Source of the DNA: an uncultured Pseudomonadota bacterium | GTDB taxonomy: Bacteria; Pseudomonadota; Alphaproteobacteria; UBA9219 | Length of the DNA stretch: 64,000 nucleotides | Assembly (NCBI GenBank): GCA_903824505.1 | Contig: CAIJXG010000081.1 | Coordinates: forward strand, 40,044 to 104,043 | Direction: 5' to 3' | Program-made: the position numbers and the translations under genes | Shown: positions 19,524 through 28,517 of the stretch, piece after piece | Numbering within the stretch: the first letter of the stretch is position 1 | Layout: the number at the start of each line of letters is the position of its first letter | The notes under the pieces: generated by a model | What the model saw: the letters and a program-made list of their open reading frames with translations, nothing else | Database searches by the model: none | What the model was told of the DNA's origin: nothing

Positions 19524-20736
19524 CCCGTAAGATCTGCGCGCGCACCATCGCCCCATTGTCGGACAGCAAAAGAACAGGCGCGTTGCCGATTTCGTAAACC
19601 GTCATGCCATCGGCCGAAGTTGCGCTGGCGTTCCAAGCCGGAGACAACAAGGCCAGCGGCGTCCGGACATAGACTTTTTCTCCAACTGACCACGCCTTGG
19701 TGCGCGTATCTAGACCGCCAATTTTAATTTTTGTGGCATCGGCTGGAGGAAGACCGGCGAGAATCTGGGTCAAAGTTTCATCGCCAGCTTGAAGTCGCGG
19801 ACGACTGATCAACGGAGGTTTCGCCCCGGGGCCGGGTTTAGCGATACGGGCGTCATAGCGCAAATCGACTTTAGGCCCTCCGGCGGAAAGTCGGAAAATC
19901 ACAGGAGTCGGCAAATCTTTTAAAATCACAGATAGATCGCCTGTACCTACCCGCGTTAAGGGCATAATACGCACCACATGGCTTCCCGCTTGGGTTGGAG
20001 AAACATCGAAGTTTCCCCCAACACCAACATCCATGATGGGCCAAGGCTCCCCTGTCGCATCCACCACGGCGATGGTTGTAACAAACCCCGCTGCAAGCTC
20101 CACTTGGGGCGGTTCGGCCCCCGGATCAAGAGGAAGCGTGACAATACGCGTTTGGCCCTTGGGGGTTCCTTCGGCGGGAATCTGCGCAGCCTCCTGAGTC
20201 CGCTCAAGTCTGCGCATAAAATCGCGGATTTGATCGGGGGTGAGGGGCATCAAGCCGTTTGACGCACGGTCAAAGGATTTCTGAATATGCTCTTGCTCGT
20301 GCTTGTGTTCGTCGGAGTCGGCTTGGGCCTGCGCTTGCAGCGCAGCTTGCTCCGCTTGCGCGGCAAGTTGCGCCGGATCCGACGAGAAGGCTGAAGGGGG
20401 CGGAGGCGTCGGAATCTGAATCCCAGACGGAGAAGGCGGCGCAGCCTGTGCTGTCGACGCGGCAGGCGGGACAGCTGAAGCTGCGGAGGCTGTCGGTGGA
20501 ATCTTCACGGGTGTCGGATAGGCGGCTTGAGTTGCCCCTGTGGCAGGAGGCGCGCCGGAAAGACTCGGCACCGCGATAGAATCGGCTGCGCGCGCGCTAG
20601 TCCCAAGCGAAAGGAGCGCCGAAAGCGAAGCCAGCGACGCTACAACGAAGGTCGCGGAACGCAAGGGAACCGGCTTAGACCGGTTGCAAAAGGATGTGTG
20701 CGACAAAAGTTCTTCCCCAAATCCGTTCAGCGACAT
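19504..20736 (-). CDS. Secreted VirB9-family-like (DotH/IcmK/TraK-like) protein
   Basis: Signal peptide (RSATFVVASLASLSALLSLGTSARA; an alternative TTG start gives a cleaner n-region), a Pro/Ala-rich linker and a beta-rich C-terminal domain. Sits immediately upstream of the VirB10-like gene, as in virB9-virB10 / trbG-trbI / icmK-icmE. Assignment is by architecture and context only. Confidence 0.35.
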   Translation of the reverse strand: MSLNGFGEELLSHTSFCNRSKPVPLRSATFVVASLASLSALLSLGTSARAADSIAVPSLSGAPPATGATQAAYPTPVKIPPTASAASAVPPAASTAQAAPPSPSGIQIPTPPPPSAFSSDPAQLAAQAEQAALQAQAQADSDEHKHEQEHIQKSFDRASNGLMPLTPDQIRDFMRRLERTQEAAQIPAEGTPKGQTRIVTLPLDPGAEPPQVELAAGFVTTIAVVDATGEPWPIMDVGVGGNFDVSPTQAGSHVVRIMPLTRVGTGDLSVILKDLPTPVIFRLSAGGPKVDLRYDARIAKPGPGAKPPLISRPRLQAGDETLTQILAGLPPADATKIKIGGLDTRTKAWSVGEKVYVRTPLALLSPAWNASATSADGMTVYEIGNAPVLLLSDNGAMVRAQILRDDDHDK

Positions 20737-20963
20737 TCATCCATCGCCCAAGATTCTGCAGACCTGCAGACCCGCCGTTGGCGAATCGTCAAGACCCCAG
20801 AAAAACAATATCACTATACCGTTACATTTCCTCTTTATTCAAGAGGCGGTTAACGGGGGAAGAAAAATTAAGAAGCATCGCCCTCTTAATGAATGCAACC
20901 AATTGTTTTTTCTTACATTTATTTCATTTTCTTGTGTTTCTTACCTTCCCCCTTCACACGACA

Positions 20964-21073
20964 TATACTCGGGCACCGAAGGAACCCCTCACGTTTTGTC
21001 CGCGCAAAAGGCGCATCAGCTTCGCCCTCGCGCGTGTTTTGCACGGAATCGAATCCTTCCGCTTTCCAAGGAA
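20964..21073 (+). repeat. Miniature element with terminal inverted repeats (TATACTCGG...CCGAGTATA), copy 1 of 3
   Basis: About 110 bp, near-identical to 59130-59237 (same orientation) and 38283-38400 (reverse orientation). Intergenic, about 70 bp upstream of mltG. Confidence 0.75.
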
Positions 21074-21147
21074 ACCGAGTATAGTTGCGAACGGCACCCC
21101 AAACAGGCAATGTTGAGAGATCACCAAGGGGTTCCAATGACTAACCA

Positions 21148-22144
21148 ATCTCCTGTGCCAAGCTTTTCTCCTTTCCAAGGAAGGCTCACCTACGGGGTTG
21201 GCCTTGCGGGGATTCTACTGTTCTTCGCCGCCCTCAGCCTGAGTTTTTTTTGGGTGCCCGGACCTTTAACACAGAAAAAAACTATCGTGATTCCTCATGG
21301 GGTGCGCACGGTCGAGATAGGAGACAGGCTCGCTCAAGAAGGCGCCGTCTATAGTGCGCCGCTTTTTTTAGGAAGTGTGAAAATTCTGGGTGCCAAGAAT
21401 CTGAAGGCTGGAGAATATGAAATCCCCTCAAGGGCGACCCCCCTAGAAATTGTCCGCATGATCGGAGAAGGGCGCTCAGTCGTGCGGCTCTTCACGGTGC
21501 CAGAGGGCTTAACCTCTGCAGAAATTACAACTCTTCTGGAAAAGGATCCTGTCCTGACTGGGGAGATTGAAGCGCCCCCCGAAGACGGTTCTTTGTGGCC
21601 GGAAACCTACCGCTATAGTTATGGGGACAGCCGCGCAAGCCTGATTATGCGGATGGAAAAAGCGATGCAGGAGAAAAAAGAACATTTATGGTCTGCCCGC
21701 GCGCCAGACCTTCCAATTCAACGCATTGAGGAAGCCTTGACTCTCGCTTCCTTGATCGAAAAAGAAACATCCGTGCCACAGGAACGCCCCAAAGTCGCGG
21801 GTGTTTTTTATAACCGCCTCGCTGCACCCATGCGCTTACAATCCGATCCGACGGTGATTTACGCCCTCACGGAAGGACGGGGATCTTTAGGACGCGAGTT
21901 GACACATGAAGATTTGGCCGTGTCCTCGCCCTTCAATACCTATGCGCGTGCGGGGCTTCCACCCCATCCGATCTGCAATCCGGGCCAAGCGTCGATCGAG
22001 GCTGCCTTGCATCCCGCCCATCATGGCTATTTTTATTTTGTCGCCACAGGACAGGGCGGCCATTCTTTTGCGGCGGATCTTCCAACGCAAAGTCACAATA
22101 TCAATGTGTGGCACCGCAACAAAGAGGCAGCCTCCCCCAAGTAG
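21148..22144 (+). CDS. mltG: Endolytic murein transglycosylase MltG (YceG family)
   Basis: N-terminal TM GVGLAGILLFFAALSLSFFWV, YceG motifs LQSDPTVIYAL and FNTYARAGLPPHPICNPG...YFYFVATGQGGHSFA, and AAGGGG RBS. The long upstream part of the 534-aa track ORF is intergenic repeat sequence. Confidence 0.8.
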
Positions 22145-22385
22145 CCTTAATTTTTTTGTTGCATAAGTCCTAGCCTCTTTGCTAAAGACACCTCCGCAAC
22201 CTGTCAGAGACTGCCGGGGCCTGAAGAGGCTTAAAAATCCAGCATAGATGGGACAAGACGCTTTTACCTTATCCCGCACATGATCTGATCGGACGTGCTG
22301 GGGTCGCAGACGATGCGACATTTTGGAAATTCGTCTTTTCTCCCTCTGACATGCGTTTTTTGACATGTTTCACAGGGAGTTCACC

Positions 22386-22913
22386 ATGGCCACACATAGC
22401 CCTAACCGTCTTGCGAAGGAAAAACTTGTCCTTGCGCTCGGCAGCGAAATCGGCAGCGCGGAGCTGATCGTCGTCACCCAACAGCTGGGTCTGAACGCCG
22501 AGCAAACCCGTACCCTGCGCGTCGAAATGCGGAAAAACGGCGTTGGGCTGAAAGTCGCGAAGAATAAGCTGATCCGCCATGCGATCAAAGACAGCAAATT
22601 TGCAGGGCTGGACAGCTATCTGCGCGGCCCAACCGTTCTGGCTTATTCTAAAGATCCTATCGCGGCCGCAAAAACCTCGGTTGAGTTCGCAAAAAAGACC
22701 GACAAATTTAAGGTCGTCGGTGCGGTCATGGGCGACCAGATCTTAGGAGAGGCACAGGTCAAGGCTCTTGCCACTCTGCCCTCACTGGATCAGCTCCGTG
22801 CTAAGCTGATCGGTCTTTTACAAGCTCCTGCCACGAAGATCGCCGGTGTTCTGCAAGCGCCCGCAGGACAGTTGGCTCGCGTGCTTTCCGCGCGCAGCCG
22901 TCAGGAGGCTTAA
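22386..22913 (+). CDS. rplJ: 50S ribosomal protein L10
   Basis: Typical L10 N-terminus (NRLAKEKLV...AELIVVTQQLGLNAEQTRTLRVEMRKNGVGLKVAKNKL). AGGGAG RBS. Followed by rplL. Confidence 0.85.
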   Translation: MATHSPNRLAKEKLVLALGSEIGSAELIVVTQQLGLNAEQTRTLRVEMRKNGVGLKVAKNKLIRHAIKDSKFAGLDSYLRGPTVLAYSKDPIAAAKTSVEFAKKTDKFKVVGAVMGDQILGEAQVKALATLPSLDQLRAKLIGLLQAPATKIAGVLQAPAGQLARVLSARSRQEA

Positions 22914-23020
22914 TAACAATAACAAGCTTTCCGTGGAGGTCCCCGCCGCCGCGTGAAAAAACAACACGGCCGCAAGGCTGCGTAAGATCCAAAACCACCT
23001 AACAAACAGGAGAAAGAGAA

Positions 23021-23398
23021 ATGTCGAAGCTTGAGAAACTGGTTGAAGAACTGTCCACCCTTTCGGTCCTCGAAGCCGCCGAGCTGTCAAAGCTGCTGGA
23101 AGAAAAGTGGGGCGTCAGCGCCGCCGCGCCTGTGGCCGTTGCCGCCGCCGCAGGTGCCGCTGCACCGGCTGCCGCTGCGGAAGAACAGACGGAGTTCACC
23201 CTGATCCTCGCGAAAGCGGGCGACAAGAAGATCGAAGTCATTAAGGAAGTCCGCGCGATCACGGGACTTGGGCTTAAGGAAGCTAAGGACCTCGTCGAAG
23301 GGGCCCCCAAGACCCTGAAGGAAGCCGTTAGCAAGGCCGATGCCGAGAAGTTTAAGAAGGCTCTTGAGGCAGTCGGCGCGAGCGTCGAAACCAAGTAA
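23021..23398 (+). CDS. rplL: 50S ribosomal protein L7/L12
   Basis: [32 protein letters not shown]...Ala-rich hinge...[42 protein letters not shown]. Confidence 0.92.
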   Translation: MSKLEKLVEELSTLSVLEAAELSKLLEEKWGVSAAAPVAVAAAAGAAAPAAAAEEQTEFTLILAKAGDKKIEVIKEVRAITGLGLKEAKDLVEGAPKTLKEAVSKADAEKFKKALEAVGASVETK

Positions 23399-23422
23399 AC
23401 CTTGGGACATAAGAACAGAAAA

Positions 23423-23449
23423 GGGCGGGAAAACCCCGCCCTTTTTTCT
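23423..23449. terminator. Bidirectional intrinsic terminator between rplL (+) and purE (-)
   Basis: gggcggg aaaac cccgccc followed by ttttttc. The reverse complement also gives a hairpin with a T-tract. Confidence 0.7.
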
Positions 23450-23458
23450 TGAAGTTTT

Positions 23459-23965
23459 TTATACCTCTGTAGACCCGGAACAGACCACCTCGTTAGGGAC
23501 AGAGTCGGCCAATTCCTGACGTGCCTTTTTTAAACGCGTCCCAAGCCCCACATCGGAGAGCGCGAGCATTTTAACCGTAAGCAGACCGGCATTTGTTGCC
23601 CCTGCCTCACCGATTGCACAGGTTGCAACGGGTACGCCCTTGGGCATCTGAACAATAGAAAGCAGAGAATCCATGCCTTTTAATTGGGCAGATTCCACGG
23701 GCACGCCGATGACAGGCAGATCTGTCATGGAGGCCGTCATGCCCGGCAGATGCGCCGCATAAGCCGCCCCCGCAATGATGATTTTTAGACCCCGCTCTTG
23801 CGCGGTCGTGGCATACGCATACAGTCTTTCGGGCGTGCGGTGGGCCGAGACGATTTTGGCTTCGTAAGGCACGCCATAAGAATCGAGCACATCAGCGGCG
23901 TGTTTCATGGTCGGCCAATCCGACCGGCTGCCCATAATCAAGCCGACAAGAGGGGGGACGGTCAT
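23459..23965 (-). CDS. purE: N5-carboxyaminoimidazole ribonucleotide mutase PurE
   Basis: [42 protein letters not shown]...[17 protein letters not shown]. Start chosen at MTVPPL for the usual PurE length. Confidence 0.85.
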   Translation of the reverse strand: MTVPPLVGLIMGSRSDWPTMKHAADVLDSYGVPYEAKIVSAHRTPERLYAYATTAQERGLKIIIAGAAYAAHLPGMTASMTDLPVIGVPVESAQLKGMDSLLSIVQMPKGVPVATCAIGEAGATNAGLLTVKMLALSDVGLGTRLKKARQELADSVPNEVVCSGSTEV

Positions 23966-24117
23966 TTTTCCGGGGGACCTTTCATAAAAGGACTGCCTCC
24001 CACGGCTCTTTTCTGCACGAGGGGGCAAGAAGTTTTATCTTTATGCACAATGTCCATTTTAGAGACAATTGGCAACGTGAAACTCAGAGCGATTCGAAGA
24101 ATGAAACAGCCCTGATA

Positions 24118-25686
24118 TCACCCTTTATGCGCCGCCGCTTCAGCTTCCACGACATAGCGTGGGAAGATCCCTTCCGGCGCGGGTAGCAGGGTTCCGGCTT
24201 GCAGCGCGTGGGCGGAGTCAAAAGCGGCAAAGCTCCGTGAGTCGGCCGGAACCGCGAGCTGATCCAGCAAAAGCCCTGCTTTTTCTGGCATAAAGGGCTG
24301 CAGCAAAAGCCCCAAATGGCGAAGCACCTCTGCCAGCACATAAAGCACGGTATTCATGCGCGAAAGATCTGTTTTCCGCAAACTCCATGGGGCTTGTTCG
24401 TCAATATACCGATCCGCTTGGCTAACGACATCCCACAAAGCGTCAAGAGCCTTGTGAAAAGCCGGAACGTCAATCTCGCGTCGGACGATCTCTGGCAAGC
24501 CTCGCGCCGCGTCTAACAAACGCGTATCTTCTTGTGTGAGAACGCCACAAACAGGCACCTTGCCGTCAGCGTTTTTGGCGATCAAAGACAAAGTTCGTTG
24601 TGCCAAATTACCGATACCATTCGCCAGATCACTATTGATGCGGCGAATCATGGAGTCATGCGAAAAATCGCCATCATTGCCAAAAGGCACTTCGCGCATC
24701 AGGAAATAGCGGGTCTGATCCAACCCATAGGTCTCGATCAAGGCCAAAGGATCAATCACATTGCCCAAAGACTTCGAGATTTTCTGCCCCTCATTTGTCC
24801 ACCAGCCATGCGCGAAGACTCGCTTAGGCGGTTGCAGCCCCGCCGCCATCAAAAAAGCGGGCCAATAAACGGCATGGAAGCGCAGAATATCCTTGCCAAC
24901 CATTTGGAGATCAGCGGGCCAAAAGGTGGTGAATGTTTCCGCTTGCGTATCGGGATAACCAAGCGCTGTCAGGTAATATGTCAACGCATCGAGCCATACA
25001 TACATGACATGTCCGGGCCCATCCGGCACAGGAACGCCCCAAGAAAGCGTCGTGCGCGAGACGGACAGGTCCTGTAGACCCGATTTGACAAAGCTCGTTA
25101 CCTCATTGCGCCGCGTGAGAGGCAGGATAAAATCGGGTATATCCTCATAAAATTGAAGGAGCCTGTCGCCCCACGCCGAAAGACGAAAGAAATAGCTAGG
25201 CTCTTCAACCCATTCGCATTCCGCGCCTGAGGGCGCGATTTTTTTGCCGTTCGGGCCTTCCGTCAGTTCGTTTTCGGCATAATAGGCCTCATCGCGCAGG
25301 GCATACCAGCCTGCGTAATTCCCTAAATAAATCTCGCCCCGTTCCAACAGCGTGTTCCACAAAGCCTGACAGGCCTTTTTGTGCCGCGCCTCTGTTGTGC
25401 GGATAAAATCATCGTTTGAAATGTTAAGCTCTTTTGTAAGCCCACGGAAACTTTGAGAAACTTTATCCGTAAAGCTTTGCGGATCCATCCCCGCCGCTGC
25501 CGCCGATTTCGCGACTTTCTGCCCATGTTCATCCGTGCCTGTCAGAAATTTGACTCGATATCCATCCAGCCGTTTAAACCGCGCCAACACATCACAGGCG
25601 AGCGTCGTATAGGCGCTGCCGATATGCGGCTTGTCATTGACATAATAAATGGGCGTTGTGACAAGGTAGCTTGGAGGCATGGTCAA
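24118..25686 (-). CDS. metG: Methionine--tRNA ligase
   Basis: Class I HIGH region (VNDKPHIGSAYTTLACDVLARF), KMSKS (KISKSLGNVID) and the MetRS zinc knuckle region. Confidence 0.9.
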   Translation of the reverse strand: MTMPPSYLVTTPIYYVNDKPHIGSAYTTLACDVLARFKRLDGYRVKFLTGTDEHGQKVAKSAAAAGMDPQSFTDKVSQSFRGLTKELNISNDDFIRTTEARHKKACQALWNTLLERGEIYLGNYAGWYALRDEAYYAENELTEGPNGKKIAPSGAECEWVEEPSYFFRLSAWGDRLLQFYEDIPDFILPLTRRNEVTSFVKSGLQDLSVSRTTLSWGVPVPDGPGHVMYVWLDALTYYLTALGYPDTQAETFTTFWPADLQMVGKDILRFHAVYWPAFLMAAGLQPPKRVFAHGWWTNEGQKISKSLGNVIDPLALIETYGLDQTRYFLMREVPFGNDGDFSHDSMIRRINSDLANGIGNLAQRTLSLIAKNADGKVPVCGVLTQEDTRLLDAARGLPEIVRREIDVPAFHKALDALWDVVSQADRYIDEQAPWSLRKTDLSRMNTVLYVLAEVLRHLGLLLQPFMPEKAGLLLDQLAVPADSRSFAAFDSAHALQAGTLLPAPEGIFPRYVVEAEAAAHKG

Positions 25687-25931
25687 ACCTTTGCGTTTAT
25701 GTTTGAAAGCATGGATCCGTTATAATCCCGTCCCATTAAAAAAGACAAATATATTCGGGTTTCCAAGTTTACGGGAGGGACAGTTTATTTTTTTAGAACA
25801 CTCAAAAGATTTTTCTAGAAGGGTGGTTTTCTCCCTTTTGTTCACAAAGCCTCCACAAGGCTTGCCTATCATGAGGTACTGTGAGGGAAAAAAGCTGATG
25901 CATCCACTCATGAACCAAACCCTGATGCGCG

Positions 25932-27218
25932 CTATAGTGATACATGTTTTTGTATCGGCAGGATTGTTAACTCTTCGGTGGCCTTAATCACAGAATCCAG
26001 AATAGTTTTTTTCGATTCGGCGAAGCGCTGAGCGGCGGTCGTTTGCGCCGTGCGTTTTTGAGAATCTGACACAAGATCGAGCACAGCGGAGGCGAGGGAG
26101 TCCTCCTTATTCAGCTGAACAAGCGCACCTTGGGCAAGAAATGCCGCCGTTATTTCCGCATATTCCTGCATATAAGGGCCCACCAAGATCGCTGTTCCTA
26201 GTTGCGCGGGTTCGATCAGATTGTGTCCGCCGATAGGGACAAAAGAGCCCCCCAAAACAGAAACAGGACAGAGGCGATAAAAGAGTCCCAGCTCGCCCAT
26301 TGTGTCGACCAGATAGATTTGGGTTTCTGGCCTGATCGGATCGCCTTTAGAGCGCCGTGCACAAACAAACCCAAGCTTTGTGATCGCGGCGGCGATTGCG
26401 TCCCCGCGTACGGGGTGGCGCGGCGCGAGGCAGAGCAGAATTTCGGGCCTCTGCGCGATCAGACGCTGCTGTGCGTCAAGCGCAAGCTCTTCTTCGCCCG
26501 TATGGGTCGAGGCTGCGAGCCACAAAACGCGTCCTGTGGTTTGTTTCTGAAGCGCGTCCAAAGCCTGTGGATCATAAGGCAAAAGAGGCGCCGCGTATTT
26601 CAGATTGCCTAGATAGAGGCTGCGCTCTGCACCAAGCGCGTCAAAGCGGATTTTGTCGGCCTCGCTTTGCACAAGACACAGGGAAAAGGCAGAGAGAATC
26701 TCTTTCGCCCATCCGGAAAAACAGCGCCAACGTCTGAACGAACGTTCCGATAGGCTGCCATTGATCAGAACAACAGGAATTTTTCGCGCTTTCAAAGCAG
26801 CCAGTGTGTTCGGCCAAAGCTCGGATTCCAACCAGAAAGCCACGGAGGGTCGCCAATGATCCAAAAAACGCTGGATATAGGGGGCGCGATCAAGGGGCAC
26901 ATACTGATGAAAAACCCAAGGGGGGAGGCGATGCTGCATTAGCCGTGCCGCGGTAACGGTTCCCGTTGTCAGAAGGATCTGCAAAGCAGGATGCCGTTCA
27001 TGCAGTTTCTGGATCAAAGGCAAGGCGGAAACAGATTCGCCTACGCTCGCGGCATGGATCCAAAGCAAAGCGCCTTCGGGGCGCAGGGTCGAAGAGATGC
27101 CGAAGCGTTCAGAGAGCCGCGCCGGATCCTCTTTTCCAAGCCTTAGGCGACGGCGCAGATAAAGGTGAAGAACCGGCGACCCAAGATCGGTCAGAAAACG
27201 ATAAAAGAAGGGAAGCAT
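25932..27218 (-). CDS. waaA: 3-deoxy-D-manno-octulosonic acid (Kdo) transferase
   Basis: 428 aa. N-terminal membrane anchor. GT-B glycosyltransferase family 30 pattern (WIHAASVGESVSALPLIQKL...GGSFVPIGGHNLIEPAQLGTAILVGPY). Confidence 0.75.
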   Translation of the reverse strand: MLPFFYRFLTDLGSPVLHLYLRRRLRLGKEDPARLSERFGISSTLRPEGALLWIHAASVGESVSALPLIQKLHERHPALQILLTTGTVTAARLMQHRLPPWVFHQYVPLDRAPYIQRFLDHWRPSVAFWLESELWPNTLAALKARKIPVVLINGSLSERSFRRWRCFSGWAKEILSAFSLCLVQSEADKIRFDALGAERSLYLGNLKYAAPLLPYDPQALDALQKQTTGRVLWLAASTHTGEEELALDAQQRLIAQRPEILLCLAPRHPVRGDAIAAAITKLGFVCARRSKGDPIRPETQIYLVDTMGELGLFYRLCPVSVLGGSFVPIGGHNLIEPAQLGTAILVGPYMQEYAEITAAFLAQGALVQLNKEDSLASAVLDLVSDSQKRTAQTTAAQRFAESKKTILDSVIKATEELTILPIQKHVSL

Positions 27219-27359
27219 CTACGGGTCATCACGGAGGATTCGGTTGGCCGCCCCTTCCGGATCCTCAAACTGGCCGGATTTCAGAGCCCAAACAAAGGCC
27301 AAAACTCCCGCGAATCCAAGGGCTAGCGCGAGGGGGATCAAATACACAAGAACGTCCAC
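27218..27359 (-). CDS. Small CcoS/FixS-family membrane protein (cbb3 oxidase maturation-type), 47 aa, absent from the ORF track
   Basis: GTG start after a GAGG RBS. MDVLVYLIPLALALGFAGVLAFVWALKSGQFEDPEGAANRILRDDP matches the CcoS/FixS pattern (single TM plus GQ[FY][DE]D.[ED]G.A.RIL.DD). Abuts the waaA start. Confidence 0.45.
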
Positions 27360-27387
27360 GCATCACCTCGCTTTCAAAACAGGGGGT

Positions 27388-28347
27388 CTACAAAGCAAGA
27401 TTCCGCTCAGCCATTTCAGCCGCGACATGATAGGCTGGATCGTTTGCCGCCCGCAGCATCCGAAAACCGCGCAACTGCCCCGAACGATAGTGGGGCGTGG
27501 CCGTTTCCGACACCCCATGCAGATGATCCATCGACACATGATCAATCGGGCGCAGCACTTCCATCAAAATACGCTGAAAGGCGGTTACTTTTTCCAAAGG
27601 ATCTACGATGTGCTCACGGCGATTGCGGCTGTCATGATCGGGAAGCGCAATACCCGCGGCGATATCGTGGATAATATGGGATCTGGGAAGCTGATCAACC
27701 AAAGAAAGAATTTTCTTAACGATGGACGCGGATCTTTTACTGCTGCTGGGTCCCCGTCCCGTGATATTCATAGATCCCAGATTCATCACAATATGGGGCA
27801 AAATATGGGTGCAGCTCCATCTTTCATCCGCGACCGCGTTTTGGCAGGCTTGCGAGAACTGTCCGCTTTCCTTTTCAAGGTAAAGCATGTGGATCAAATT
27901 TGTGATTTCCTGCTGCAGCCTTTCATCATGAATTCGCAGCTCATCCTCGTCCTGCGGCCGCGCATAATTCCCCAGCATCACAACCGTAATGCGATAGCCT
28001 TCTTGTCCTCTGAATTTTATAAGATCCTTGACAGCCTTTAAAATGCCCTCAACCTTAAAATCTTCTTCATAGTCGGCTTCCTGAACAAGAGCGAATTCGC
28101 GGATAGCGGCCCACTCAACGCCAAGTTCTTGCAAAACGGTTGGATCGTTATCCCTTAGTCTTTTAGCAATTTGGGCATGAAATTCAGACGGGAACCAGAC
28201 GTCAAGGGCCCCACCGCGCCCGAGGCGTTGCAGGTAAGAAAAACTGCACAGAATACGGCGGCCTGAGGGGGGAGGGGAGCGAAAGAATCGAGACGGCTCC
28301 GCTGTCAGGAATTCCTGAAGCTTCTGCCGTGCAGGATTGAGCATCAC
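27388..28347 (-). CDS. Hypothetical protein (conserved-looking, function unknown)
   Basis: 319-aa ORF with codon usage like its neighbours, lying between waaA and trpS. No diagnostic motif recognised. Confidence 0.4.
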   Translation of the reverse strand: MMLNPARQKLQEFLTAEPSRFFRSPPPSGRRILCSFSYLQRLGRGGALDVWFPSEFHAQIAKRLRDNDPTVLQELGVEWAAIREFALVQEADYEEDFKVEGILKAVKDLIKFRGQEGYRITVVMLGNYARPQDEDELRIHDERLQQEITNLIHMLYLEKESGQFSQACQNAVADERWSCTHILPHIVMNLGSMNITGRGPSSSKRSASIVKKILSLVDQLPRSHIIHDIAAGIALPDHDSRNRREHIVDPLEKVTAFQRILMEVLRPIDHVSMDHLHGVSETATPHYRSGQLRGFRMLRAANDPAYHVAAEMAERNLAL

Positions 28348-28517
28348 GTCACCCTTATTTGTCGGTCGCGTGTCTTGTACCCTTTGCCTATCTTAGGGGA
28401 TTAGCCGATTCGAGGCTTACCCGCAACAAAAAAAGGGAAACAGCTTGTGTTCTCTTGCATCCGACCTGCGGGCGGGCGATAGTGTGGGGGGTCAAAACAA
28501 ATAAAGGAAAGAGCCCG

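Noticed and set aside
16599..20736. A complete Dot/Icm or conjugative type IV secretion system
   Set aside because: Only VirB9-like, VirB10-like and a Pro-rich bitopic protein are present. No VirB4, VirB11, VirD4 or DotB-class ATPase, VirB6, VirB8, relaxase or oriT-like context occurs in the window.
20540..21147. The 5' two-thirds of the 534-aa track ORF on the plus strand upstream of mltG
   Set aside because: It overlaps the divergent minus-strand secreted gene and the miniature repeat element, and it has no protein-family signal. Only the C-terminal roughly 330 aa correspond to MltG, which has a good RBS at 21148.
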